Source: Schmidtea nova
Lineage: Eukaryota
Direction: 5' to 3'
Length of the DNA: 64,000 nt
NCBI GenBank assembly: GCA_044892505.1
Contig: CM097883.1
Span: 226,114,001 to 226,178,000 of the forward strand
This document shows, in pieces, positions 61,915-64,000 of the stretch; positions within the stretch are counted from its first letter, which is position 1; the number at the start of each line of letters is the position of its first letter. The translations under genes were made by a program, and so were the position numbers. The notes below the pieces were generated by a model. That model saw nothing but the letters and a program-made list of their open reading frames with translations, was not told the DNA's origin and ran no database searches.

Positions 61915-62321
61915 CTAATAATGCGCCATAAATAGATATGAAAGGACTTTTGGAAAAAAACATTGCCAAAAAAATAATTACACCAATGATTGTATGTCCA
62001 TCACAAAACGGTAATCCTCAAAGATTAGTTTTGGTAATAAATTTATATAAATTAATGGAAAGGATAATTTTTTAGATAATTTATTATCGGAGTCGAGTTG
62101 CATTCAAAATTCCCAAAGTTGAAAATAGTTTCTGTCAAATTTATTCTTAGACCCTTTATCGTGGAACCTGAGACAACTCTTTTAAATAGGAGAAATGCAT
62201 AGAGAAATGATTTGCAACGGAAAAGCTAATCCAACAACCAATGATAGACACAGGTTACCACCACGTGACGACAAATAAGGTTCGAAAATAAAAGTTAATA
62301 AGAAACAGGTACCAACTAGAA

Positions 62322-62736
62322 CAGTGGTTTTGGGTGTGGGCGGTACCGTCCCTTTGGGGCGCTAGAGGCCAACCAATCGTAGGATTAAATTGGTTGTTTG
62401 AAGCAACATTTTTGCATGTTTTCCATACCTTTTTTTGTTGTGACTCTTGTATTTTTTCTTGATTGTTAATGCCTTAGTTATGATTGGTCTTGTTTCTCTT
62501 AGCTCATTATTTGGTTGGACATAAATTTATAAGATAAAAAAAGAAAGGTAATATCGACGAGTTAAAAATTCGATGAAGTCAATTTTTTTGTCGGTCAGTT
62601 ATATTTAATCGGCATTAAAAGATTATTCTATTACTCTAGTAAATAAATGCCCAGCATTCTGATTCCGGTTGGGAGGCGTTGGAGAAATGTTCATGGGACC
62701 AATGAGGCGGTGAATGCACAGGTTTGGGAATCGCTG
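62322..62736. mobile_element. Degenerate hAT MITE
   Basis: CAGTGGTT... / ...CACAGGTTTGGGAATCGCTG ends; imperfect TSD AACTAGAA / AACTTAAA (6 of 8). Confidence 0.5.
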
Positions 62737-63687
62737 AACTTAAAATGAAAAAGTTACGGCGTTCAAATAGATTCAAGTAATAAAAATTACGCAGGGAAGC
62801 CACATATATAAAATGCTAAATTATTATTTGGTAAAATGTCTAATAGATCGGGGGTTATTAACCAGTGGTACGTGCACCCTTAGTAGTACGCAAGAAAAAA
62901 TATTTAACATTTGTATAGTAAAACACAGCAATCGTAAAAAATTATGACTTTAATTGACTAAATTTATTTCGGCAGGGATTGTGAAATTTAAAGACGTTTT
63001 TAAATTTTAATTTAGATTGATATAATTTATATGATCAGCTTTATAACCACTATAGCTTTTGGTAGAAAATAAACAGCTACTATCTCATTATTAGCCGCTA
63101 TGTATCTCATAACTTATAAGGCGCATGCATAGTTCTAAATGGCAATTATTGTTACTAGCTTATTTCGTCTGAATAATGGAATGTAAGGTGAGACAGGATT
63201 CAGTTATACAAATTAAAACAATGAAACACAGCAAGAAATATCATATTTTCGGGGTTCAAAATGTGTTTAGATTGATTTTTATAAAGTATATCTTGTCAAT
63301 TCTCAAAATAATATTATACTTCCTTCAAAATCGTGTTGATTTGATTAGCAAAAGTCAATAAATAATGAAAATTTGACTCGATAGGATGAATTATTGAAAA
63401 AACCGTGACGTAATTTGATATGTACATAAAAACTCAGATTTTGAATATTTTGAATACTTTTGATTACTATGACTTGTTTATAAAAGTTGTTAATATTTAA
63501 TATATTCCAGAAGTAATCTTAATTTTAAATACAGAATTTTTATTCCAAAGTGATTTTTTAAATATTTTCTATTAAGTTTCACCAAAGATTTTTTTAATTT
63601 ATTCTATTACATGCGCACAAAAAATAAATTACATTTTTATAAAATTAAAAAATTGGCGATCCTCTGTTATAGGGATACCAAAATCCT

Positions 63688-64000
63688 GAAATCGATAAAC
63701 GAGGCCTTTTCTTAAAACGAGCATCCTCGCTTTCTTATTAAATCAGTTTTCAAATTGCCCCAGTGTCCTTCGATTGTATTAGTGTGAACGCCAGTTTCGG
63801 CGTTTACATATTCCACCTCATGATTTACTCATGATTTACTCATGAAATCAATAAACGAGGCCTTTTCTCAAAACGAGCATCCTCGCTTTCTTCTTAAATC
63901 AGTTTTCAAATTGCCCCAGTGTCCTTCGATTGTATTAGTGTGAACGCCAGTTTCGGCGTTTACATATTCCACCTCATGATTTACTGCTTGGTGCTCATAT
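63688..64000 (-). mobile_element. Merlin/IS1595 (ISXO2-like) transposase C-terminal fragment, tandemly duplicated with 156-bp period
   Basis: YEHQAVNHEVEYVNAETGVHTNTIEGHWGNLK..RKRG; both copies carry a stop (TGA/TAA) after CSF. Confidence 0.8.

Noticed and set aside
62640-62745. Minus-strand peptide AIPKPVHSPPHW as the missing triphosphatase-end exon of canonical RNGTT
   Set aside because: It overlaps a hAT MITE TIR, lacks the RPPGIY motif, and has no suitable phase-1 donor before a stop.

Overview
AT-rich eukaryotic (animal) genomic DNA with spliceosomal introns, three assembly gaps and a dense load of nested transposons. No CRISPR, rRNA or tRNA genes were seen. A planarian-type flatworm is a plausible source (44-75 bp minimal introns, AT-richness, TE spectrum), but that is only inference. 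The host content is a head-to-tail pair of mRNA capping enzyme (RNGTT) paralogs on the minus strand. (1) The 3' half of a catalytically normal copy lies at 60590-61914, with guanylyltransferase motif I KADG intact. Its triphosphatase exons were not found and probably lie beyond 64000. (2) A divergent copy was assembled by hand from 10 phase-compatible GT-AG exons running 51299 -> 3317. In it BOTH active sites are substituted: triphosphatase P-loop HCTHGYNLTG (CX5R Arg->Leu) and guanylyltransferase motif I WRTNGKR (catalytic Lys->Arg, Asp->Asn). It also carries a >=264-codon exon containing an ~225-codon RE/RD/RS mixed-charge repeat inserted between the two domains, and the frame stays open. 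Its introns (8.6, 3.9, 23.9 and 8.4 kb) are filled with hAT, MULE, Tigger, Helitron, Gypsy, Penelope-like and Polinton/Maverick relics; a mariner lies just downstream of exon 10. Other notable items are a TBP-like gene head-to-head with a Polinton packaging ATPase, a U3-A8 variant minimal hammerhead ribozyme inside a long hairpin repeat, a tandem Ulp1-protease relic, and a young intact Gypsy element (TG...TA LTRs, -1 frameshift signal) inserted in an intron-containing Tigger.
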